DNA of 56,815 nucleotides from Priapulus caudatus. Taxonomy: Eukaryota. Shown here piece by piece: positions 23,401 through 34,849 of the stretch. The notes under the pieces are model-generated. The model worked only from the letters and a program-made list of their open reading frames with translations, was not told the DNA's origin and ran no database searches. How positions within the stretch are numbered: position 1 is the first letter of the stretch; each line of letters begins with the position of its first letter. Location: the NCBI RefSeq assembly GCF_000485595.1, contig NW_014577064.1:679690-736504 (forward strand), read 5' to 3'. The translations under genes and the position numbers were made by a program.

Positions 23401-25941
23401 ATGAAGGTCCTCATCATTGCTCTGTGCGCTCTCGTGTATATGGGTAAGTAGTTATTCATTTATAACTTGGTTTAATTGGTTGGTAGTATGCCACCGCTAT
23501 ACAAGGCGATAAATGGATTCAGCCGTACACGCAAATACTTTCCCATTGACTAATCAATGACTGCAAAATTATTGAGACAATACCAATTTAAAGTTGATAT
23601 CGAACAGAATACTATCTATATAGTGCGTTGTGTATATACAATATTTGTAATAATATTGCATATTAATTATGATATACAACAGCCGCGGCCAGTCCGCTGG
23701 AAAAGCGTCTGGGAGTACCGGTACAGGCAGAGGATGACTGCAACCCGAAGATCGGCGCTAAGAACTTCTCTACCGATGCCACCGATTGCCAGGTGTTCTA
23801 CATCTGCGATCACGGATGGCCAAAGATCCGTCGTTGCCCAGGTGACACCATCTGGACACCAGCATTGGAGAGATGCACCGACAAGTACTTTGCGGTTAAC
23901 GACGAGTGCAGATACGAGGCTCCACCCACACCAGCACCAGTTACACTTGCTCCAGAGGATCTTGACCCAGGTAACAAAAACTTGTTCTAGTCGCAAATCT
24001 TTTTAATCGTCATTAGGAGAAAAATTTATCCACGAATTTCTAGTATTTAATTGTTCGTGTGTTTCGCATCCAACAGCCGGATTAATATTTTCTAGCTGCG
24101 TGCTACGACCCAAGAAACATGTGCAACGGAGTTATTGATTGCAACAATGGAGAGGATGAGGAGGGCTGTGCTCCGATCTGTGATCCTAACGCCTGCAGAC
24201 TGCCAGACTGCAAGTGCAGTAGCCCAGACGCTCCAGGAAATCTCCAGATAAATGAGATTCCACAGCTGGTTATGATTGGCTGGGATGGTGCTCTGAGAGT
24301 AGAGGACTACAACCATCTTCTCCAGCAGGTAAGTTCATTAGAAACTCATAACAGATTTTGGCGAGATGAGACTGATTCCTTAGTATAGACTCTTCTGTAA
24401 TTTCATAGTAATGGACCGTTTCCAATAAAATTTTGTCTTTAGATCCTAAAGAAAGTGAATGCCCAGCGACAAAGAGAGCCGCGAACGAACCCCAATGGTT
24501 GCCCGTTAACCGCAACTTTCTTCACAAGCCATCAGTTCACTGATTACGCAGCAGTCCAGTCGATGTACGCCGAGGGAAATGAGATCGCCTCATTCTCTAT
24601 CACGTAAGTAATGCTTTCTTGCTGTATTAGATGTTAGAGTCTAGCAATTAGAGAAATTGTTATCTTATTTAATTGAATACTCGTGCATATAGTAATCTGT
24701 AGTTTGTTGTCGCGTGCCGTTCTTCTATTGGTTAGAGTCATTTATTCGGTGGAAAAGGAAGAGCAGATAGAGATATAGAAGGTAAAAGAAGGGAGAATGT
24801 TGGATGAGTGGAAGATCGGATATTGAGGACTATAGAGTGAATGATGGCAAGAACGCCGCTAAAATACAGGAGGTAGACGATGCAGAGAACTTAACATCTG
24901 CTAGAATCTCAATGACCTGCGATTTCTAGTGAACATAGTGAAAACCGGCCGATGCGCCAAACCTGCTAGCACGAAACTGAAAAAGAACTGCGCTTTCGAC
25001 GCTTAAACAAATGCGCATGCTGCACTGGAAGTAAATGTATAAATAACGGCTGTATGCAGCTAGTAATATTCTACATTCATAATTAACCAACGCGGTATCA
25101 TATTGTATTTTTTTACTTAACTTGCAGTAAGCAGCTGCCATCAGAGTACTGGGCCCAGGCTTCAGATGCCGAACTCTCTGCTGAGTATGCCGGACAGCGC
25201 GCCATGTTTAGGAGGTTCTCTGGCATTCCGGCCAGTGCCATCAAGGGAGTGCGATCTGCTTACCTGCAGACCAAGGGAAGCGACTTCGTTAACCTCATTA
25301 AGGATGATGGATTCACGTGGGATTCTTCCTACCCTACCGACAAGATTGATCCTCCCCTGTGGCCATACACCTTCGATTACCAGTCTACTGGTGGCTGCGC
25401 CATCCCTCCATGCCCAACTTCGTCCATCTCTCAAATGTGGGAAGTTCCCCTCGTTGATTGGTTCGACACCAACGACACGCTGTGCGCCAACGTTGACAGC
25501 TGTTATTATCCCAACGACAAGGCAGAGGCTCTTCAGCTCCTGCGTACCAACTTTGACCGCCATTACAAGACCAACAAGGCTCCCTTCCCCATCAACCTCC
25601 GTGCCAGATGGTTCCTCAACAATGGCTACTACAACATGGAGGCTCTCCAGCAGTTCCTTGATGAGATCCAGGAAAATCCCGATGTCTACTTCGTGACATA
25701 CAGCCAGCTGATCGAGTACATGAAGAACCCAGTCAAGCTTTCTGATGTAGGAAGATCTGATGCGTTCAAGTGTGACTTTGCTGACCGCACTCCATTGTGT
25801 GCCCATCCCAACCTGTGTGGCTACTTCAACATCAGCTACGCGCCCAATGATGAGGAGCACCAGGGAGACCGTTTCTTCCAGACCTGTGTTGAATGCCCAG
25901 CCGTGTACCCATGGGTGGACAACCCACTGGGAGAGGCATAA
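23401..25941 (+). CDS. Secreted chitin deacetylase-like protein (Serpentine/Vermiform-type architecture), 512 aa; exons 23401-23443, 23683-23970, 24096-24328, 24443-24603, 25128-25941
   Basis: All introns are GT-AG with consistent phases and 1539 nt open to TAA. Signal peptide MKVLIIALCALVYMAAA, a 6-Cys CBM14 domain, a partial LDLa (CNGVIDCNNGEDEEGC), then CDPNACRLPDCKC...PQLVMI, NPNGCP, PLWPYTFDY, and terminal CPAVYPWVDNP, typical of arthropod-type CE4 chitin deacetylases. Confidence 0.95.
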
Positions 25942-28900
25942 ATTTATGATGCACATTGATAAAATATTTGGCCATATAGCTTCTATGAACCATATCGTTG
26001 CAGGCCCGGATTCGTTGGACATCGTTTTATATGGACTGTTTAGCTTTGCTATTTCATCAGTATGCTCGTACATTCTTAAATTGTTTTGATACGTTTTAAA
26101 CCAAAGTGGCTCTAATAGACATTGAGTTATCATCGCTGTTACCATAGAGTTTACCGACGGTTTACGCAAAAATGCACTGTTATCATTATGTTAGAAACGA
26201 TTTTTGCTCGTGTTGTTATAGTATCCGCATAGTATACGCTAGGATGAGTAAAATTAATAACTGTCAGCTTCGCAGTTGTATTTAGGAAAAAAAGACATTT
26301 GATCCACAAGCTTTCTTTCCAACTAACAGACTATGATAACTCTACTGTAAATACTTGAATATTTATAGTCTGTCTGCAATTGAAATAAATTACTTATTTC
26401 GCAATTAAGAATCCTTTTAAGTTGTGTTTATACCCGATCTTGAAACACACCCAACATTCTAACAGATGGATATGCTACCTAAGGCAAAAACAAATACTAA
26501 TGTTATGCCTTCAACTTTACTTGTGCCACATAGCTCTGAATAGGTAGCAGTACAAATGAGGATAAATTATATATTAAAAACATTGAGAAAAACAATAAGA
26601 TCAAATAAAAACCATGCGTACTTCGGCAAATACATAGTATCCCATTTAAAAAAGAACATACTATGGCAGTAATGATGAATGAAAAATTTCGAAAAGATAT
26701 ATAACGGTCCAGTGGGGCTCAAATGATTAGCAGGATAACCATAAATAATGGAAAATAATGGTATATGAAACATGTCTAAAAATATCAAAATGATATACCT
26801 AAACACCATTAACTTCTAAAATAGTTTTCGATTTCTGTGAATTTTTTAAACTTTAAATTTCCCTTAACAAAATAGATTAGCGTTCTTTCAATATAAGTTA
26901 TTTTTTATCTTTAAGTTGAAAACAAATACATTGTAATTTGTAGCAACAATTAAATGAGCAACTTGCCAACAATAATAATATATAGTTAGTACTTATATAC
27001 CCTACAGGAATAGTAAATATAGGGGGTGATTTCGTATACAATGTGTTTGTTGTAGTAATTATAATGATATGAAGTTTTACCGTTTCGGAGCAGTGTATCT
27101 GGGTTTAATCAATATTAAGTGTTCTGTTCTAGTATGTTAGTGAAGAAAACCATCAACCTTGAACATTACAATTTGCAAATAATTAAATGCCCCCTCATCT
27201 ACCTTGTGCTTAGCACAACTAGTAAGTCTGTGATATAACTCTGTTCTAAATTCCTATTTATACTCTCTTTGCATGATAAAATAATAAAATCCAAATTTAC
27301 AATTGTTGCGTTTGACAAAATGATCGACGCTTATATGATATAAATAGAAATTGCAATATCGTATTAAATCCAAATTCAAAACATGATATCATTCTAAAAC
27401 CCCTTATTTGTACATGAGTCTAACGAAAATTTAGAACAAAAACGTCACTATAGAAATGCTTTATATTACAGCAGATAATGTGTCCCTCAATGTAAGATAT
27501 TGCACGCTATGTTATCGATAGCCAATTAAAAATTACATTTGGGTAACAAATGTAACACTAGTAAGCAATCAAATGGGTGTATATCATAACGTGAGCAACG
27601 GCAGTAGCACTACTAATACGATTCACAAGTATACGATTATAACATAGCAACATGACAGTAATAAAACAATACGAAAAATCTGCCTTCGAAGATAATATTC
27701 TAGTCTTCAAGATGCCACGCCATTAATGTGTTATCGCAAAAATAAACTAAGACCAAATTTTAATTTGTATGGTAATGGAAAAGCGAATTAAAAATAAATA
27801 TGAATTTCCGAAAGGGCAATTATAATGAAATAACTATAATATATCGACGTAACGCACATGTTTAAAACTAAAACAAAACAAAATTGTAGACATAATTGCA
27901 AATGGGTTTCTTACTTTTATATGCGTCCCAACCAAGGCTATACGAACGCGTATATCGAAATTTTGCCGACGCTAGGCCCGGATGACATCACACACAGTTT
28001 AGCGCCGAATAGCTTAGCCTGACCCTTTAAACCGGTTAACTTGGTGTGGACTAGCAAATAGCTCCTATTCAAAGACACCGTCAGCCTGTGATAAAAGAGA
28101 ACACACTTCAGAAATTCCCGGACTAGTTTGATGTAAGATCTAATTTGCCGTCTGTGCGGGTGAATAGTAGTAATAGCAACTTATGCACACGTGTGTGCGC
28201 GTGCGTGCGCGTGCGTGCGTGCGTGCGTGCGTGTGTGCTTGCCTGTGTGCGTATATCATAAAGTGTATAGTACAATAAATCGTTGCAGATGCATTTATGT
28301 ATATAATAAAACCCTTTTATATTTAATGACTGAAAAATGTTTTGTTTCCATTCATGGCTTACGTGCGTGCGAGGGGTTGGCGTGGGTGGCGTACGCCCGC
28401 CCACGATTACGCATTCCGGAATCCCCCATGGTTTGTATCAAAATAGCACATATCTGATACAGTATGTATATAAAAGCATGAAACGAAAATTTTAACGAAG
28501 TTTTATTAGTATATAGTAGGTTTGGAATCCCCCCTCTTGGAAAGAATCCCCCCTCTTGGAAAGGCTGGCTACGCCCCTGTTAGGACCTCACAGACTGAAA
28601 GGACCCTTCTTGCCAAGTTCAGTTGTTACACAGCCTTATTCTCTGTTAACAACTGGCAAAAAGGGACTCTACAGCTACCCATTGCTTAGAGCCTCACCAT
28701 GTATAAATCCGGCCCTGGCTGTCTTCATGTGTATGGTAGACGCGAGTGTAGTTGTACATATAGGAAGAAGCAAACGGCTGTGTTCACTACTTAATTTCTC
28801 TTAAAATACAAAAAAAAACAAATGAAAACAATACAATATGAAATTTCGTAATCGAATGTCACCGCACATCATTTCTATATGGAATGCACTTCACGCATAA

Positions 28901-29102
28901 CAAAATAACCTCACGTTTTCAACGATGTTTCGTCTAAAAATATCGTTTACAACGACGCCGACTAGCGAATGCAATAATACTTACTCTAGTTTCGAATCAA
29001 CGCGTATATTCTCTTAATTAAAATCACGGTGCATAGTGGTGTTCGGATTATCAAACATGAACTCGCCATAACTGCAACATCCAACATTCATGTACGCGCT
29101 TG

Positions 29103-30067
29103 CAGGGCGTCAAGTGACAAGTGACGCTCATAAAATAGGAAAATAGGAATTTCAGATGTGAAAAAATAGGAGGAAAATAGGAATTTTGGTGAGAAAATAT
29201 ATGTTAAATAGGAATATTTGTTGCGTTAGATGGCCTCCCAACACCCCTACGGCCATCTCGATCCACCACAATGGTTAATATACATATTTGGAGTTACATC
29301 ACATGCGAACAATATTTTGATGTTTTAACGAGAAATGCATGTTAAAATTGATAAGCAGTTTATACATGCATAATCACCCATACATATAGACTACTCCAAA
29401 ATAGTATGACGTACATGTATACATGGGCGGATCCGGCTTTTTGAAAAAAGGGGGTCCAGTAAGAAATAAACGGCACTTTTATAAAAAGGTGCCGAAGGCA
29501 GCTTAAGAGACGTGTTTTTATGACGAAAAATTTTAAAAATTGGTGCATTCTGAGAGCATCTGAGCAGTAATTTTAATGTCTAGAATGCAAGATGGAATTC
29601 CAAATTTTTAAGCAGAAAATTATCTTTTATGTGTTTTCCCTTTTTTGGGGGTAAAAAAAGGGGGGTCCGGACCCCCTGGACCCCCCTCTGGATACACATA
29701 CCACATCCAACTAAGAAACAACTTTACTGATCTGAAGAAACAACAAAATCTGTGATAGTAAAGAGTATATTACGTTAATTTAAAGTAAGGGGTGGGGTCC
29801 GGGGGGTCCTCCCCAAAATTTGTTTTGAAAATTGGGTCACCTCAAATGTAAATTCCTGCATTCTGAAAAGGATACATACAATTCTGGATTCAGAAAAATG
29901 AAAAGCCCTCAAAAATAGGAAAAAATAGGAATTTGTCCAGAAAATAGGAGAAAATAGGAATTGCCCAGAAAATAGGAAAAAATAGGAATTTGTCCAGAAA
30001 ATAGGAGAAAATAGGAATTGCCCAGAAAATAGGAAAAAATAGGAACAAATAGGAACTTGACGCCCTG
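29103..30067. mobile_element. Non-autonomous DNA transposon with 13-bp TIR CAGGGCGTCAAGT, 6-bp TSD CGCTTG and subterminal AAAATAGGAA repeats
   Basis: cgcttg|cagggcgtcaagt...acttgacgccctg|cgcttg; motif arrays at ~29130-29215 and ~29910-30055. Confidence 0.85.
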
Positions 30068-30999
30068 CGCTTGACACTGCGAATTATTGCATTTTTGATA
30101 ACAGAAATCACGCACGGAACAACGGCTGTTCGCACGACGTTGTACAAACAACTCCGTGCTGCTTGCTACCGCGGTCGCGATGCGAGGCCAGTTACATGCG
30201 ACATAACAGCAGAGAGTCATCATCATGTGAACTTTATACGCATTTACGCAGCATAGCGTGTCCTTATACAGCGATTGCTGCGTTGATCGCACTCGTGCAT
30301 TTCTATTAGCATCTGAAAGCTGAGCGCCGAATGACAACGTTAGCTGCACCTCCCCGCTGCGATGCGAACACTGCGCTGAGCGATAACAAAAGAACGCGAA
30401 AGGAAATGTTCTGATCTCAAGATATCACACATAATAGAGCTGAGAACATAGAGACGCTGGCTGGTGCAACGCCCTTCATGTACAATGAATCGTTGAGTTT
30501 CGCCGGTGATAATACTCTTATATACAGAAACATATATACGGAACATAATTGAGGGTGCTAGTAACATACAACGCAACACAGTAACCATCACAATATAGCA
30601 TAGCATAGCATAGCATAGTATATATATGTACACGCTGTGTGGTGATATTGGTCATTATGCTTCTCACATAATAACCACAGTCAGATAACCAAACGCTCCC
30701 ATTAATTGAGTGAATAATTTGGCGTAAAATTTCGAAATGCTGGTGCTAAGACACAAACGAGATTACATATTCGAGTAAAATCCTCGATCAAACATACACT
30801 GCGTATTAAATACCTATCAATGCCTATTATTATTATTAATTTATAATTAATATTATAAATGCCTATTAAGACTAGATTAGCGAATAGATTGTGTGCGAAA
30901 AGCATGTACGTACAACCACATGACTTTTAAACAATCATAAAACAGTAGTGCATAATATTATATGTGTACGATGTCCAGCGTGCGGCCGGTGAGGGCTTA

Positions 31000-31512
31000 C
31001 ACCGGCGCACACGAGAGTAATTTTACTCAAGTAAAATGATGCATGCGTCAAAATATTCACGTGTTCGTCGAATTTTCGTTGAGTTTTCTGACGCATGATG
31101 CATCAAGAAACTCAATATCAAACATGTTTGATAATTTTTTACTCATGCGTCAAAATACTCACGTGTACGCCGGATTTTCGTTGAGTTTTCTGACGCATGC
31201 ATCAAGAAACTCAATATCAAACATGTTTGATAATTTTTTACTCATGCGTCAAAATACTCAACTTGTGCGCGCTAGCTGCGTAAATTTACTCAACACTCGT
31301 ACTCACAGCGCATGCGTTTAAATCATTTTAAAGATGACTGCGCCCAGTATTAGCTGCGCACCGTCACGTGATCTACATGAACACTTATACCTTGAGTAAT
31401 TTTATTCACGTGTGCGGCGGACGCTGAAAATATTACGCGTGAGTATTTTGACTCATGCATCATTTTACTTTGATGCTTACTTACTGCAAAATTACTCACG
31501 TGTGCGCCGGGC
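31000..31512. mobile_element. MITE (PIF/Harbinger-like termini) with long imperfect TIRs and an internal ~100-bp tandem duplication
   Basis: ccggcgcacacgagagtaatttt...aaaattactcacgtgtgcgccgg; duplicated unit at ~31043-31260. The superfamily is inferred from the termini only. Confidence 0.65.
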
Positions 31513-31756
31513 TTAAGCAAAAGATAAACTACTGCTAACAATAGACATGGTCCCCATGTAAATAAACACGCTATATGAGGACTCAATAAAATCGCTAGTC
31601 CCTGTGCGACTCCGTTATTTCTGCTAGTAACTAGCGTCTAGTGTCGATTGTAGAACTGATATGTGTGAAGACAGTATCACATCGCAATAGCCTTTACCTC
31701 ACTGGAACTCACTCGTTGACTTCCGTAAAATGTTCAGATGTTCGTGTAAAGTCTTT

Positions 31757-31757
31757 T

Positions 31758-31805
<48 letters not shown>

Positions 31806-31921
31806 CTCACTCACGTACGTACGTGTGTGTGTATGTATGTTCGTATGCACGCACGTATGAATGTATTATGTAATATGTGTGTGTGGTGTGTGTGTGTGTG
31901 GTGTGTGTGTGTGTTGTTGTG

Positions 31922-31960
<39 letters not shown>
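31757..31960. repeat. (CGCA)n and (GT)n microsatellites; similar CA/GT tracts at 32935-33243, 33983-34285, 34662-34880, 41880-41962, 42331-42435, 49448-49700, 50442-50765 and 51135-51290
   Basis: Direct reading. Confidence 0.9.
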
Positions 31961-31963
<3 letters not shown>

Positions 31964-32045
31964 AACAATCTAACGGTTTTAATTGTAGGTTAACATAGTA
32001 CAGTTATACGCTTCGACGTGGGAATAGACACTGCAAGTTGGTCAA

Positions 32046-34062
32046 CTACATATGCAATGCCGATTCGCTCGATCTCATCAATCCAAAATCCATGTCTTGC
32101 TTCTGCCGCGGGTGAGCCATCAGCACGACCATCGGAAAAAGTTAGGAAAGCCTTTCTCTTCAGCGGCTGGTTAGCCAACCATCAATCGTCGCCCTCATGA
32201 TCATCCTTCTCTTTGATTTTCGTGCACCTGCGCAGTGGAACGCCAAATATAAGACACAGAGAATCCGGATGTTAACACCTGCGTAGTCAATTCACACGCC
32301 ATCATAGTCGACGGGCAGCGTCAGGTCTAATTATACCCATAAGTATGAGGCACTCTTTTATCGTAGACATTAGCAGACGTGCTTAATTGTAGCCTTGGAA
32401 CAGAAAAAGATCTGGGAACCTATCCAAACACAGCCATTGTACGTCATTGATCCCGGTGACGTATCACTTACACAATTATCCTTAGGCTCGTCTATACGTC
32501 TTCCGGTATTAGGAGATGTTGTGATTCATACCGAAGCCAAAAGTTTAGAAGCTATACATGCTGTGAAATTCATTGCGCGTGCAGACAATAAGCCGCCAAT
32601 TAGTGAGAGGCGCGATTGTTGCCGAAATAAGGAACCCGGAGATAGCAGCGAGTGTCAGCTGGTGCCGCCTACTGCCTTTCTCTTCTCCGGGAAAAAGACC
32701 AAACAGATCCCCGAACTTTCAACCTTGGGGGACAACTCGCACGAGTGAGCTTTTTCAAGAAAGTACACAAGTTTAACGCGCGAAAAAAGGCGTTCGAAGA
32801 TATCGGGAAACAGCGACGGGAGGAACTTCGGCGTGAGCGTGACGTCAGTATCATGAAGGGCTGCCGACAGATATCACGAACGGCCCGATTATCGAGAGAT
32901 TATCAACCGTTGAAACATGAGCGGATCAAACACCGTACACACACACACGCCACACACACACGCACCACACACACACCGCACCACACACACACAACACACA
33001 TCACACACACACACACACACACGCGCGCCGCGCGCACGCACGCACGCCCACGCACGCCACGCACGAACAACGCAGCACGCACCGCGCGCACGCACGCACG
33101 CGCCGCAGCACGCACACACACACCCGGCACGCGCACGCACACACACACGACAAACACACACACACGCACCACGCACACACGCACCACGCAACACACACAC
33201 ACACACACAACCGCACACACACACACGAATGCACGCACAAACACTATTGCCCGTAGGATTTTGGCAGTTTTTCCATTTACCTGCGTTCAATGGTTAACGG
33301 CTCAAACATCTAATAATATACCGCCTTGCTACTTCGGCCCAGAAAGTCTGGCGGTCTCTTCCCTGCCCCGCGTAGCCGTGGAGGAATGTACCAGAAGCCC
33401 ACGTTGGTGCACTGAAACTAAATAAGAAAAAGCTACTTAGTCGTCAAAACGAGTAAGTACGTTACTTAATAAATTCATGTTTTTCCCCTCATAGAGTTAT
33501 GAAAAACTAGCAAGGTGTGCATATCCGGAGGACGTATACATTTTAATTAAAAGTGAATGTTATGTATACGCTATATGAAAACCCGCTTGCGTGCTATATG
33601 CTACCTGAACTATATAAGACACCATGTTCGTATATGCGCGCGCAATGAAAAAAAACTCCATTAAAAGTAGCGTATTGTTGACGATGTGCTCGGTATACGT
33701 GTGCTTCATACGAAATTATTTTATTATGAAAATAAATGGGTCGATCAAGAATAGATGAGACCTCGGCACGCATGAATAGCATTCAGAGGCAAAGGGTTGG
33801 CGGTGCTGAACCGCCATGAACGCAGCGTGCGATCGGATAGCATGCAAGCTTAGCTTGCCTTGCTAACAATAACACCAGAAAACAGTTGAGACTTGCCGGT
33901 GGGCCTGTGCGCATGCAGCTAAAAGCGCCCAACACAGCTACCTTGCAGTAAATGTTGATGAGCAGATACGCGTTGAGCCGCATACACACACGCACGCACG
34001 CACGCACGCACGCCGCTACACACACACACACAACGGACCACAAAGCACGCACACGCACGCCA

Positions 34063-34095
<33 letters not shown>

Positions 34096-34671
34096 TGACA
34101 CACACACACACCGCACACGCACACGCAACGCACACGCACACCGCCACGCACACGCACACGCCACGCACGCGCACACTGCACACGTCACACGCACACGACA
34201 CGCACACGCACACGCACACGCACACGTCACAGCCACACGCACAGCACACGCCACACACACGACACACACCACACACACACGACACATATATATATGTGAA
34301 CATGGAAATCGCATGCAATCTTACGAAGATTTATACAATATACTCATTGCGAAACTTAATTTTTGAGTAACAACTCTACTACCTTCGCGCATAACTAGGC
34401 GGAACCATCTCGACATTCGCTAGCTGCTCGCTAAGTACCTGCTACATAAACGCAAACAGATAATGCCTTACATCTGTCTACTAGACAGATTTGCAAAAGA
34501 AACAAACGTCATTAGCTAGTTTGTGAAACTTGCTTCCCGGCAACTATTAGCTCTTGGTATTATTCCATCATTAAATCCATGAAATCTCTGTGCGCTCCAA
34601 AACATTTACCTCAACGCACGCATGCCTAGTACGGGGATGGTTTGTATTTCTGCATGGAAAATGTGTGTGTG

Positions 34672-34703
<32 letters not shown>

Positions 34704-34742
34704 GGCGTGCGTGCGCGCGCGCGTGTGTGTAGTGTGTGTGTG

Positions 34743-34774
<32 letters not shown>

Positions 34775-34792
34775 GGCGGTGCGTGCGCGCGC

Positions 34793-34849
<57 letters not shown>

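Noticed and set aside
25162..26169. 335-aa minus-strand ORF
   Set aside because: Antisense shadow of CDA exon 5, with no independent features.
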